In this document: positions 40,345 to 49,343 of the stretch, one piece after another | Numbering within the stretch: the first letter of the stretch is position 1 | Layout of the letters: every line of letters starts with the position of its first letter | NCBI GenBank assembly: GCA_963708185.1 | Contig: OY970195.1 | Coordinates: forward strand, 448,001-512,000 | Direction of reading: 5' to 3' | DNA length: 64,000 bases | DNA from: Candidatus Peregrinibacteria bacterium | GTDB lineage: Bacteria; Patescibacteriota; Gracilibacteria; UBA1369 | The notes under the pieces: model-generated | What the model was told of the DNA's origin: nothing | Databases searched by the model: none | Seen by the model: only the letters and a program-made list of their open reading frames with translations | Translations under genes and position numbers: made by a program

Positions 40345-41178
40345 ATGGCTGATACTGTCCCTTCACCACAGCAGCCGGCCCCAGAAAGCCAAAATAAAGC
40401 TCCTGTACCGGCTCAAAACCAGCCCCAGCCTTCAGCTGAAAAACCTGCTCCATCAATGACGGAGCAAGCCGGTCAACAGACTCAACAGGCTATGAATCAG
40501 GCCCAACAGACCGTTGGACAGGTTCAGCAGACCGGAAAGCAGATCACGCAGGGGGCGCAGCAGGTTATGGGACAGGCTCAACAGGTCACGAATCAAGCAG
40601 GACAGGTTTTGGGACAAGCTGCTCAATTGTTAACTGCTAAGCCATCGGAACCTCAACCTCCTGTCACCCAGGACGAAAAGATTTGGGCGGCATTATCTTA
40701 TGTCCCCATGGTCGCACTCGTGGCTTTTCTTCTCAAGCCGAAGAGTGCATATGTGAAACTCCATGGTAAGCAGGGATTGCTGATTTTTTTGATTTTCTTC
40801 TTTTCGATTTTCCTTTACATTATACTTCCGCCGCTTGGTCCTCTGCTTGGAGGACTCGTGCAGCTCGCCATGTTCGTGATTGGAATATTCTCGATTTATC
40901 AGGCTATCTCGGGAAACTGGTGGAAAATTCCCGTGTTAGGTCAGATTTCAGATATGCTTCCTGTTGATATGTTCACAAACGTCGCAACCCAGGCGATTAC
41001 CGGCCAGGAAACTCCCGCTACCGGGGAATCGAATGATCCTGGAGCAACAGAGGCGGAACAACAGTCTGCGCCACAAGAAAAAGCAGCTGATACAACCCCT
41101 CCTCCTGCACCTGATCAAAATCCTTCACAACCACCGGCAGAACCCCCTCCTCAGAACAATCCTCCTGTCCAGCAATAA
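40345..41178 (+). CDS. DUF4870-like 3-TM protein with Q/P-rich tails
   Basis: EKIWAALSY...VKLHGKQG...AISGNWWKIP core. Confidence 0.75.
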   Translation: MADTVPSPQQPAPESQNKAPVPAQNQPQPSAEKPAPSMTEQAGQQTQQAMNQAQQTVGQVQQTGKQITQGAQQVMGQAQQVTNQAGQVLGQAAQLLTAKPSEPQPPVTQDEKIWAALSYVPMVALVAFLLKPKSAYVKLHGKQGLLIFLIFFFSIFLYIILPPLGPLLGGLVQLAMFVIGIFSIYQAISGNWWKIPVLGQISDMLPVDMFTNVATQAITGQETPATGESNDPGATEAEQQSAPQEKAADTTPPPAPDQNPSQPPAEPPPQNNPPVQQ

Positions 41179-41227
41179 TAACTTTACGTTCTATCTTCTC
41201 TATTTATCTCTCTAATCTCTTTTTGTT

Positions 41228-41815
41228 ATGGCTGTATCACTTGATCAAATTAAAGAACTCCGTGAAATGACGGGGGTTTCCATGATGGGATGCAAAAAAG
41301 CTTTGGAAGAAACCAAAGGTGATTTGCAGAAGGCTGTTGAATATTTACGCAAAAAAGGCGAAATGAAAGCTGCTGAACGCAGTGATCGTTCAACAAACCA
41401 GGGTGTTGTTTCTTCTTATATCCACGGGAACGGCCGCCTCGGGGTTTTGATCCAATTGGGATGCGAAACAGATTTTGTCTCCAAAAACGATGATTTCAAG
41501 AATCTTGCTTATGAACTAGCAATGCACATCGCTGCGATGAATCCCCTAACGATCAGTTCGGATGAGGTTTCTCATGAACTTGTGGAAAAAGAACGTGAGA
41601 TCTGGCGTGAACAGCTGAAACAAGAGGGGAAAAACGATAAGATGATCGAGAATATTCTCACGGGGAAAGAAAAAAAGTTCCGTGAAGAAAATGCTCTTTT
41701 AAAGCAGGCATTTGTTAAAAATCCCGAACTCACCGTCGAGCAGGTCCTGACCGATGCGGTAACGAGAATGGGTGAAAACATCAAAATCGTGCGATTCAGC
41801 AGGTTTTCCGTTTAG
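41228..41815 (+). CDS. tsf: Elongation factor Ts (short form)
   Basis: IKELREMTG..MMGCKKAL, CETDFV. Confidence 0.97.
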   Translation: MAVSLDQIKELREMTGVSMMGCKKALEETKGDLQKAVEYLRKKGEMKAAERSDRSTNQGVVSSYIHGNGRLGVLIQLGCETDFVSKNDDFKNLAYELAMHIAAMNPLTISSDEVSHELVEKEREIWREQLKQEGKNDKMIENILTGKEKKFREENALLKQAFVKNPELTVEQVLTDAVTRMGENIKIVRFSRFSV

Positions 41816-41885
41816 ATTTTGAGAACCCAGAAAGTGGACAATCTTTGAATATGAGCTAAGATTGTCCTGCTTTTGTATCTATGCT

Positions 41886-43091
41886 ATGAAAAATTTTTCA
41901 ACGATTGAGGATGCGGTGCACGACTTGAAATCGGGAAAGATGATTATCGTCGTGGATGATGAGGAACGTGAAAACGAAGGCGATCTTGTCATGGCTGCTG
42001 AGGCAGTTACACCGCAACACATCAATTTCATGGCGAAGGAAGGCCGCGGGCTTATCTGCGTTCCAATGTCGGGAGATACTGCCAAAAGACTTGACCTTCA
42101 CCCGATGGTCAAAAAAAATACTGAAGCCCACCGAACAAATTTTACTGTTTCCGTTGACGTAAAGAAAGGTACGACCACCGGGATATCCGCTTCGGACAGA
42201 GCTAAGACTATTGCCGCACTCGGGAATCCAGGTTCGAAAGCCACAGATTTTCAAAAGCCCGGTCACATGTTCCCTTTGATTGCCCGAAACGGTGGTGTGC
42301 TTGTGCGTGCTGGCCATACTGAGGCGACCGTAGATTTGGTTTCCCTCGCAGGTTTTTCTCCCGTGGGCGTCGTATGTGAAATCGCAAAAGAGGATGGTGA
42401 AATGGCAAGACTTCCTTATCTTTTGAAGTTCGCCAAGAAGCACCATTTGAAGATCATCACCATCCAGGACCTTATTCATTACCGAAGTAAGAGCGAGTGT
42501 TTGGTGTCACGAAAGGCTGAATCCGATTTACCCACTGTGTATGGCGATTTTCGCTGTCTTGTTTTTACCAATACTGTTGATGATAAGGAACACGTTGTCC
42601 TTATGAAAGGTACTGTGTCTTCAAGAAAACCCACTCTTGTAAGAGTCCATTCCGAATGTCTTACAGGTGAGGTCTTTCATTCGTTACGGTGCGACTGTGG
42701 TCCGCAGCTGGATGCAGCCCTGAAGGCGATCCAGAAGAACGGGTCGGGGGTTCTCGTTTACATGCGACAGGAGGGACGAGGCATCGGACTTATCAATAAG
42801 ATCAAGGCTTATGCACTGCAAGATAAAGGTTTAGATACCGTTGAGGCCAATAAAAAGCTTGGATTTAAGGCTGATCTTCGAGAATATGGGATTGGAGCTC
42901 AGATCCTTCGCAATCTCGGGGTCAAAAAAATGAGACTTTTAACGAACAATCCCAAAAAAATCATCGGGCTGGAAGGTTATGACATTCAATTGGTTGAACG
43001 TGTTCCGATAGAGATGACTCCAAACCGGGTGAACAAGAAATACCTTTCGGTAAAAAAGAAAAAGATGGGCCATTATCTCAAATATGTCTAA
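41886..43091 (+). CDS. ribBA: Bifunctional DHBP synthase / GTP cyclohydrolase II
   Basis: [36 protein letters not shown]. Confidence 0.97.
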   Translation: MKNFSTIEDAVHDLKSGKMIIVVDDEERENEGDLVMAAEAVTPQHINFMAKEGRGLICVPMSGDTAKRLDLHPMVKKNTEAHRTNFTVSVDVKKGTTTGISASDRAKTIAALGNPGSKATDFQKPGHMFPLIARNGGVLVRAGHTEATVDLVSLAGFSPVGVVCEIAKEDGEMARLPYLLKFAKKHHLKIITIQDLIHYRSKSECLVSRKAESDLPTVYGDFRCLVFTNTVDDKEHVVLMKGTVSSRKPTLVRVHSECLTGEVFHSLRCDCGPQLDAALKAIQKNGSGVLVYMRQEGRGIGLINKIKAYALQDKGLDTVEANKKLGFKADLREYGIGAQILRNLGVKKMRLLTNNPKKIIGLEGYDIQLVERVPIEMTPNRVNKKYLSVKKKKMGHYLKYV

Positions 43092-44169
43092 ATTTCAACA
43101 TCACGACGAATTTTTTATGCAAAAGGCTCTTGATCTGGCTCGCAAAGGAGCTGGAAAAGTAGCTCCAAACCCTATGGTGGGTGCGGTTTTGGTAAAAAAA
43201 GGTAGGATTATCGCTCAGGGTTTTCATAAAAAATTCGGGGCGCCTCACGCTGAAGTTGATTGTTTGCAAAAGGTGACAAAAAAGCAAATACATGGGGCGA
43301 CTTTGTATGTAACACTGGAACCTTGTTGCTTTTATGGAAAGACTCCGCCTTGTACAAATTTTTTGACCTCAAAAGGCTTAGATCATTTGGTAGTAGCTAT
43401 GCGCGACCCTAATCCTAAGGTTTCCGGAAAAGGTATTCGGCAATTAAAGAGAGCTGGTGTCGAGGTGCGCGTAGGGGTTTTGAACCATGATGCAAAACTC
43501 CTCAATAAGATTTTTGAAAAGAATATAAAATCACAAATGCCATATTTGTCCATTAAGCTTGGCATGAGTTTGGATGGAAAGATTGCTCCTTCAAGTGGCA
43601 AGACGGGGTATATTACCAGTCTACAGTCTCGACAAGATGTTCACCGGCGCAGAGCTCAAGTTGATGCGGTTTTGACGACCTCATCAACGGTTTTGGCAGA
43701 CGATCCTCATCTCGGCGTAAGACTTGCGAAAGGGAAAGATCCTTTAAGGGTCGTCATTGACAGTCATTTGGTCACCTTGCCGTCGCATAAGGTTTATCGC
43801 AATAGGAACGTCGTTGTTGCAGTTTCTTTGGCTGCTTCTTCCGTTAAAATTAAACGTTTTAGGAAAAAAGGTATAGAAATGCTGTTTTATAAAGGGTCAA
43901 AAGTTCCTCTCAAACAATTGTTGAAAGATCTTTATGCTAAAGGCGTATGTAACATTATGACTGAAGCCGGTGCGAATCTGGTCTCAAGTTTACTTCATGA
44001 GGGTTTGGGTGATGAGCTCTTGCTTTATATCGCTCCAAAAATCCTTTTTGATGGCTTAAACTGGGCAGGAGAGTTGAGAACCAGAACTACCTACAGGGGA
44101 ATTTCACTTCAAAACGTCCGTTATCAAAAATTTGACGATGATATCCTGGTTCAGGGGAGTTTGATTTAA
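43084..44169 (+). CDS. ribD: Riboflavin biosynthesis deaminase/reductase
   Basis: [15 protein letters not shown]...TPPC, SLDGK. Confidence 0.95.
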   Translation: MSKFQHHDEFFMQKALDLARKGAGKVAPNPMVGAVLVKKGRIIAQGFHKKFGAPHAEVDCLQKVTKKQIHGATLYVTLEPCCFYGKTPPCTNFLTSKGLDHLVVAMRDPNPKVSGKGIRQLKRAGVEVRVGVLNHDAKLLNKIFEKNIKSQMPYLSIKLGMSLDGKIAPSSGKTGYITSLQSRQDVHRRRAQVDAVLTTSSTVLADDPHLGVRLAKGKDPLRVVIDSHLVTLPSHKVYRNRNVVVAVSLAASSVKIKRFRKKGIEMLFYKGSKVPLKQLLKDLYAKGVCNIMTEAGANLVSSLLHEGLGDELLLYIAPKILFDGLNWAGELRTRTTYRGISLQNVRYQKFDDDILVQGSLI

Positions 44170-44263
44170 GATTAAAGTTTCTAGAAGCGGTTGTTCATTT
44201 TTTTAAACGACTGCAAACGCTTTTCTTTTGCTTGCTGCAGAGGATTTTTAGATGCCTGTTCTA

Positions 44264-44292
44264 TTGACTATTTAATCATTTTATTTTATAAT
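44264..44292 (+). promoter_or_regulatory. Near-consensus sigma70 promoter for the transporter-STAS-PP2C operon
   Basis: TTGACT-N17-TATAAT. Confidence 0.75.
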
Positions 44293-44335
44293 TATTATAA
44301 ATATCGTGTGTTGAAAAATAAACAAAAAAGACATT

Positions 44336-46705
44336 ATGAAATACATCGAAAGAGTTTTCAATATTGCCGATCATGAAGCCCCCAGGACCTTCTATGCATG
44401 GTCGCTCCTCTTTTTGCACAGAATGGGCTTAATTATCGGGACAACCACGCTGACGGCTATGTTCGTGACCCAGTTCGGCATTAACCTGCTTCCGTTGATG
44501 ATCCTGTTCCAAGCTTCTCTGACGATAGCGGGAATGTTTGCCTTTTCATTCTTAAATGAACACTTCATTTCGAAACAGCTCATTCCGGTTTGTGCTTTCG
44601 TTACAGGTCTTCTGCTTTTTGTCTCCACGTTTTTTGTTGATCAGCCTTATGTGTTCTTTGCTCTGCTTTTGGGTGTTACCGGTATATTTCTGCCCCAACT
44701 TACGATTTTTTTGGCAAACTATATCGAAGATTTTTTCACGCCGCTTGAATGCGAACGTACTTTTCCTGTCATTGAATCCGCCCAGACCATTGGAGGCATT
44801 TTCGCCGGCTTGCTCATCACGACTTTGGGACAATACATCGGAAGTTACAAGTTTTTCTATCTTTGGATTCTTTTTCTCTTTCTGGTGGTTTCCGTCATAT
44901 TTTTTCTCGAACCTTTTTCGAGCGAACATCAGTATTTCTTCAAACAACAGGAGCGGATCAAGAAAGATTTCCGTTCGCGCGTAAAAAAAATCAAACAGAA
45001 TATCCGTGAAATACGGCTGGTTCCCTTTCTGCAGGGTATGCTCATCATCTTTCTGTTGCATTGGGTGGTGGCGAACGTGCTTGAGTTCCAGTATACGAAA
45101 CTCATTGATGAATCCGTCGGGGCTACGGCGTCAGTATTTTTACACGAAGAAAGCCTGGCTCATGGGCTGGGTTCTTTTCAGATCCTTTTCCACGGTTCGG
45201 CGCTTATTGTTCAGCTTCTAGTCGCCAGCAGGATTCTGAGAAAACTGGGTACCGTGGGAAGTTTTCTCTTGCACAGCCTGGTAACCTTCTTCAGCTCAGT
45301 TTCTTTACTCCTCGGGTTCGGATACTTCAGCGTCATTCTTGCTAAAAATAATTTTGAACTCAGCGGGATCGTCCATAAGAATGCCTACGAAGCTTCGTAC
45401 TACGCGCTTCACCATGGTACCCAGCGACATGTAAGAGAATTTTTCGAGGCTTTTGTTTATCCAGCCGGGACTATTTTTGGAACACTCGTCATTTTCGGAG
45501 TCCAGTTTTTCTTTCTTCCGGAACATACGTACCTTGCCATGGAGGTCATTCTGATCGCCTTGACCATTGGAATGATCATTTTTGCCTTACGGCTACAGCG
45601 TTCTTATACACAACTTTCCAAGGACAATCTTTTGAAATCTGAACATAAAACCGCCAAGTTTCATGCCATAGAAATTTTGTCGCAGAAGGGCCATCAAAAT
45701 CATCTTCCGGCCTTGATCCAGGCTTTAAAAAACCCGCGTGAATCCGTAGACGTAAAAGTGAAAATTCTGGAAATCCTGCATAAATTATCCGATCCAAAAG
45801 CGATCCCTGTGATTATCGAATTTCTCCATTCCAAAGATGAAGATCTCGTTTATGCCTCGGTTATCGCACTCGGAGGATTTACGAAACTCGGAGACAACAT
45901 TTTTGAACAGGGTTTTTCGAGGTATCGAGCCATCCATGAACTTCGTGAGCTTTTTACCCGAACCTCGAGTGAAAAAATCAGGGAATCCATCATACGAACC
46001 CTTGCGACGCTGCGTTACGAAAAAATAGTCCCATTTTTGCTTCAGGAAATGCATGGGACTTCCAGTAAATTCCACATCGCATGCATCCAGGTGTGTTCGA
46101 TGTTTCATGATCCGGCGTTGGCGGATTATCTTCTTCCTTCGTTACGGGCACATTCCCCTTTCGTCCGAGCTCAGACGGTTCTCGCCCTATGGCAATTTCA
46201 CGGCTATCACCACAAGCTTCAGTCGGTCATGAATGAGCTTTTCCATTCAACAAAAAGGGAGAATTTTTTGGCCTATTGTTCGGTTATAGGTGATTTGAAC
46301 CTTAAAGTAGATCCTCAAAAACTTATTGCTCGGTATAATACTGCGGATCCGGAATTGAAAATGACCCTTGGATTTGCACTTTTTAAACTCGGTCACCGCG
46401 AAGTTGTGGAGGATCTTGTTCATTTACTTTTCAGCAGAAATTCATTAGTCTTGGATAAGGCGAAAGAGCTTTTCAGGACGTTGAAGCAGGAACAAAAGCG
46501 ATTCATTCAAAATATCGTCCAGCGTGAAATTTCACAACGCCTACAGCCGATTTTTACGGCAGGTGACGCTTCCAATCTTTCAGAAGAAGCGCATCAGATG
46601 CTGGAACGCTGCGCGGACGCTTACAGGGCTTTGGATCTCCGCCTCGAAGCTGAAGCCATTCATTCGACCTTCGAAACTTCCGCAACTCCTCTGCACGCTT
46701 TCTAA
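44336..46705 (+). CDS. MFS/NTT-like membrane domain fused to HEAT repeats, paralog 2
   Basis: ~12 TM with FTP.EC.RTFP.I...TIGGIFAG motif, then HEAT repeats. Confidence 0.72.
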   Translation: MKYIERVFNIADHEAPRTFYAWSLLFLHRMGLIIGTTTLTAMFVTQFGINLLPLMILFQASLTIAGMFAFSFLNEHFISKQLIPVCAFVTGLLLFVSTFFVDQPYVFFALLLGVTGIFLPQLTIFLANYIEDFFTPLECERTFPVIESAQTIGGIFAGLLITTLGQYIGSYKFFYLWILFLFLVVSVIFFLEPFSSEHQYFFKQQERIKKDFRSRVKKIKQNIREIRLVPFLQGMLIIFLLHWVVANVLEFQYTKLIDESVGATASVFLHEESLAHGLGSFQILFHGSALIVQLLVASRILRKLGTVGSFLLHSLVTFFSSVSLLLGFGYFSVILAKNNFELSGIVHKNAYEASYYALHHGTQRHVREFFEAFVYPAGTIFGTLVIFGVQFFFLPEHTYLAMEVILIALTIGMIIFALRLQRSYTQLSKDNLLKSEHKTAKFHAIEILSQKGHQNHLPALIQALKNPRESVDVKVKILEILHKLSDPKAIPVIIEFLHSKDEDLVYASVIALGGFTKLGDNIFEQGFSRYRAIHELRELFTRTSSEKIRESIIRTLATLRYEKIVPFLLQEMHGTSSKFHIACIQVCSMFHDPALADYLLPSLRAHSPFVRAQTVLALWQFHGYHHKLQSVMNELFHSTKRENFLAYCSVIGDLNLKVDPQKLIARYNTADPELKMTLGFALFKLGHREVVEDLVHLLFSRNSLVLDKAKELFRTLKQEQKRFIQNIVQREISQRLQPIFTAGDASNLSEEAHQMLERCADAYRALDLRLEAEAIHSTFETSATPLHAF

Positions 46706-46717
46706 ATATTTTCTATC

Positions 46718-47086
46718 ATGAACGATAACACTCCAATTCTCACACTCAATACCTTACCTCCGGATAAGCAAAAATCTTACCAGGTGTTTGAACTGAACGG
46801 TGACATGGACAAACAGGGACTTACGCTTGTCCGACAGAAGCTGGAAGAAACTGCACAAAATTTTCCTTATCAATACTTCATTTTTGATTTTTCGAACCTG
46901 AATTTCATCAACAGTGAAAGCATCGGCTTTTTGATGACTTTGCATTCTCACCTTGTTAAAATGAAAAAGAAACTCGTGGTCACTTCCGCTAAATCGCATG
47001 TCAAAGACGTTCTTTCAGTCATAGGGATTCTTAACGTCATCGATTACCATGATTCACTTGAAGCTTTTCTTAAGACCATTGCGTAA
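46718..47086 (+). CDS. STAS anti-sigma-factor antagonist, copy C
   Basis: GDMD, DFSNLNFINSESIG. Confidence 0.88.
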   Translation: MNDNTPILTLNTLPPDKQKSYQVFELNGDMDKQGLTLVRQKLEETAQNFPYQYFIFDFSNLNFINSESIGFLMTLHSHLVKMKKKLVVTSAKSHVKDVLSVIGILNVIDYHDSLEAFLKTIA

Positions 47087-47094
47087 ATATAACC

Positions 47095-48315
47095 ATGAAG
47101 TTATTTAAAAAAAGTTTGTTAGGCAGGGTATTCGTAAATTTCTTTCTCTTTGCGATTCTTATCACCGTGGCGGTTTTCTATTTTTATTCCTCAGACCAGA
47201 AAACGATAAGTCTTGGTGTGTTTATCGGGTCTTTGATCGTTTTTCTGCTTTATTTTCTCCTGGTTTATCTCTATGAAATCGTCCGTCCTTTCGAGTTCAT
47301 TCTGAAACAGATCAAGAATCTTTTGACCGGGAGGAAATATAAAAGGGTTTATACCAACAGGATCGACGAAATAGGAACCATCGCCCACTTTTTCAACGAA
47401 GTCACGAGGAATCTCGAAAAAATCTCGGGGCAGCTTAAAGAAGGCCGGCGCATGCTTGGTGAACTTGAAGTCGCCGCACAGATCCAGAAAGACATTTTGC
47501 CGGTTTCAGCACCGAACGTTCCGAATCTCGACATAATCGCCAAAACCAGACCGGCCGTTGAACTCGGCGGAGATAATTTCGATTTTATTACGGTGAAAGA
47601 CAATACCTACATCTACATCGGAGACGTTACGGGTCACGGCGTTCCGGCTGCCCTGGTCATGACGATCGTTCATACGCTTATTCATACCTTTGTTGAGATT
47701 TATGACAATGCCTTTGACGTCGTATACCAGACGAACCGGCGTTTAAAATCCCAAATCAAATCGACGATGTTCATGACGATGATGATGCTTCGGTGGAATC
47801 GTGAAACCCAAAAAATGACCTATGTCGGTGCCGGGCATGAACATCTTATCGTTTATCGCGCATCGAAAGGTCAGTGTGACGACAGGATGTCTGGTGGTAT
47901 AGCGCTCGGTATGATCGCCGACAACAGTAAGATCATCAAAGAGCTCGATCTGCCAATGGAAAAAGATGACGTGGTGGTTCTTTATTCAGACGGTATCGTC
48001 GAAGCCCGCAATATGGCTGGGGAAATGTATGGCCTTGATCGTCTGAAGAAAGCTATTGAAATCTATGCTCCTCAGTATGGTTCTGAAGGCATCGTATACC
48101 ACATTGCGCGCGATTTTTCGCGCTTTGTGCAGCAGCATGTCCAGGAAGACGATATCACGCTCATGGCCATCCGTTATATGGGCCCGAACGTCGAAACGGT
48201 AGCAGTTCCTCAACAGCCGAATCTCACTGCCTGGACGGAAGAGGAAAAAGAGGTTGAAAAAAAAGATCAAAAACCGCAAAAGACCAAGAAGCCAAAAGAT
48301 AACGTGTCGATTTAA
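47095..48315 (+). CDS. SpoIIE/RsbU-like PP2C phosphatase with 2 TM and HAMP
   Basis: DEIG..A..FN HAMP; GGDNFD, GDVTGHG, YSDG, DDITL. Confidence 0.92.
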   Translation: MKLFKKSLLGRVFVNFFLFAILITVAVFYFYSSDQKTISLGVFIGSLIVFLLYFLLVYLYEIVRPFEFILKQIKNLLTGRKYKRVYTNRIDEIGTIAHFFNEVTRNLEKISGQLKEGRRMLGELEVAAQIQKDILPVSAPNVPNLDIIAKTRPAVELGGDNFDFITVKDNTYIYIGDVTGHGVPAALVMTIVHTLIHTFVEIYDNAFDVVYQTNRRLKSQIKSTMFMTMMMLRWNRETQKMTYVGAGHEHLIVYRASKGQCDDRMSGGIALGMIADNSKIIKELDLPMEKDDVVVLYSDGIVEARNMAGEMYGLDRLKKAIEIYAPQYGSEGIVYHIARDFSRFVQQHVQEDDITLMAIRYMGPNVETVAVPQQPNLTAWTEEEKEVEKKDQKPQKTKKPKDNVSI

Positions 48316-48323
48316 GTTTTTTG

Positions 48324-49343
48324 ATGAAAGCCAAAGATTTTTCATTCAATCTTCCGGAAGAGCTTATCGCCCAGAATCCGACTTCCCCGCGAGATGCCTG
48401 CAGACTGATGGTTTTGGACAGGTCCTTTCATTCAATGTCCAACCGTCATTTTTACGATCTTCCCAAGTTCTTGAAACGCGGTGATGTTTTGGTCATGAAC
48501 AATTCACGGGTTCTTCCGGCCAGAATGTTTTTTGAGGGTCACGGGAAGAAAGCTGAACTTTTCCTGTTGAGAAAATTGAATGATGCCGTGTGGCTTGCCA
48601 TCGGGAAACCGGGGAAGATTCTGCAGCCTGGAAATTTTTTTTCCATCGCTGTGGATTTTTCTTTTGAAGTTTTGGAAATTTTACCTGACGGACAAAGGAA
48701 GATCCGTTTTTTTCAACCAGCCGATCAAATTGAAAGCCTCATTGAAAAACATGGGCATACTCCCCTTCCTCCATACATCAAACGTTCTGAATCTTCGCCT
48801 GACGACTATCAAACCGTCTATGCTCGGGAATCAGGCAGCGTGGCCGCACCGACGGCAGGACTGCATTTTACCGACGAACTTTTAAAGACCATCAAAGATA
48901 TGGGCGTTGAAATCGTTTTCGTCACGCTCCATGTGGGACTCGGTACTTTTCAACCGTTAAAAACCGACGAAGTGGAGAGCCATATGATGCACAGTGAAAT
49001 CTTCGAACTTTCATCGGAATCGTCAGATGTTCTGCAAAAAGCACGTAATGAACAAAGGAGAATTATCGCTGTCGGAACCACGTCGGTCCGTGTACTTGAA
49101 AGTTCTTTTGATCAGGTGAAAGGGTTTACGCCCCAAACGGGTGATACTTCGATCTATATCTACCCCGGATATACCTGGAAATGCGTTGACGGCCTTTTGA
49201 CGAATTTTCACCTCCCCCAAAGTACGTTGCTCCTGCTGACCTGCTCGTTCGGGGGTACGGGTTTTGTCTTGAACGCCTACCAAAAGGCGGTAGAAGAACG
49301 ATACCGTTTTTACAGCTTCGGAGACGCCATGCTTATTTTGTAA
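48324..49343 (+). CDS. queA: SAM:tRNA ribosyltransferase-isomerase
   Basis: YQTVYA, AAPTAGLHF, TNFHLP, YSFGDAM. Confidence 0.97.
   Translation: MKAKDFSFNLPEELIAQNPTSPRDACRLMVLDRSFHSMSNRHFYDLPKFLKRGDVLVMNNSRVLPARMFFEGHGKKAELFLLRKLNDAVWLAIGKPGKILQPGNFFSIAVDFSFEVLEILPDGQRKIRFFQPADQIESLIEKHGHTPLPPYIKRSESSPDDYQTVYARESGSVAAPTAGLHFTDELLKTIKDMGVEIVFVTLHVGLGTFQPLKTDEVESHMMHSEIFELSSESSDVLQKARNEQRRIIAVGTTSVRVLESSFDQVKGFTPQTGDTSIYIYPGYTWKCVDGLLTNFHLPQSTLLLLTCSFGGTGFVLNAYQKAVEERYRFYSFGDAMLIL

Noticed and set aside
41816-41885. FMN riboswitch upstream of ribBA
   Set aside because: Only ~70 nt of intergenic space and no RFN consensus
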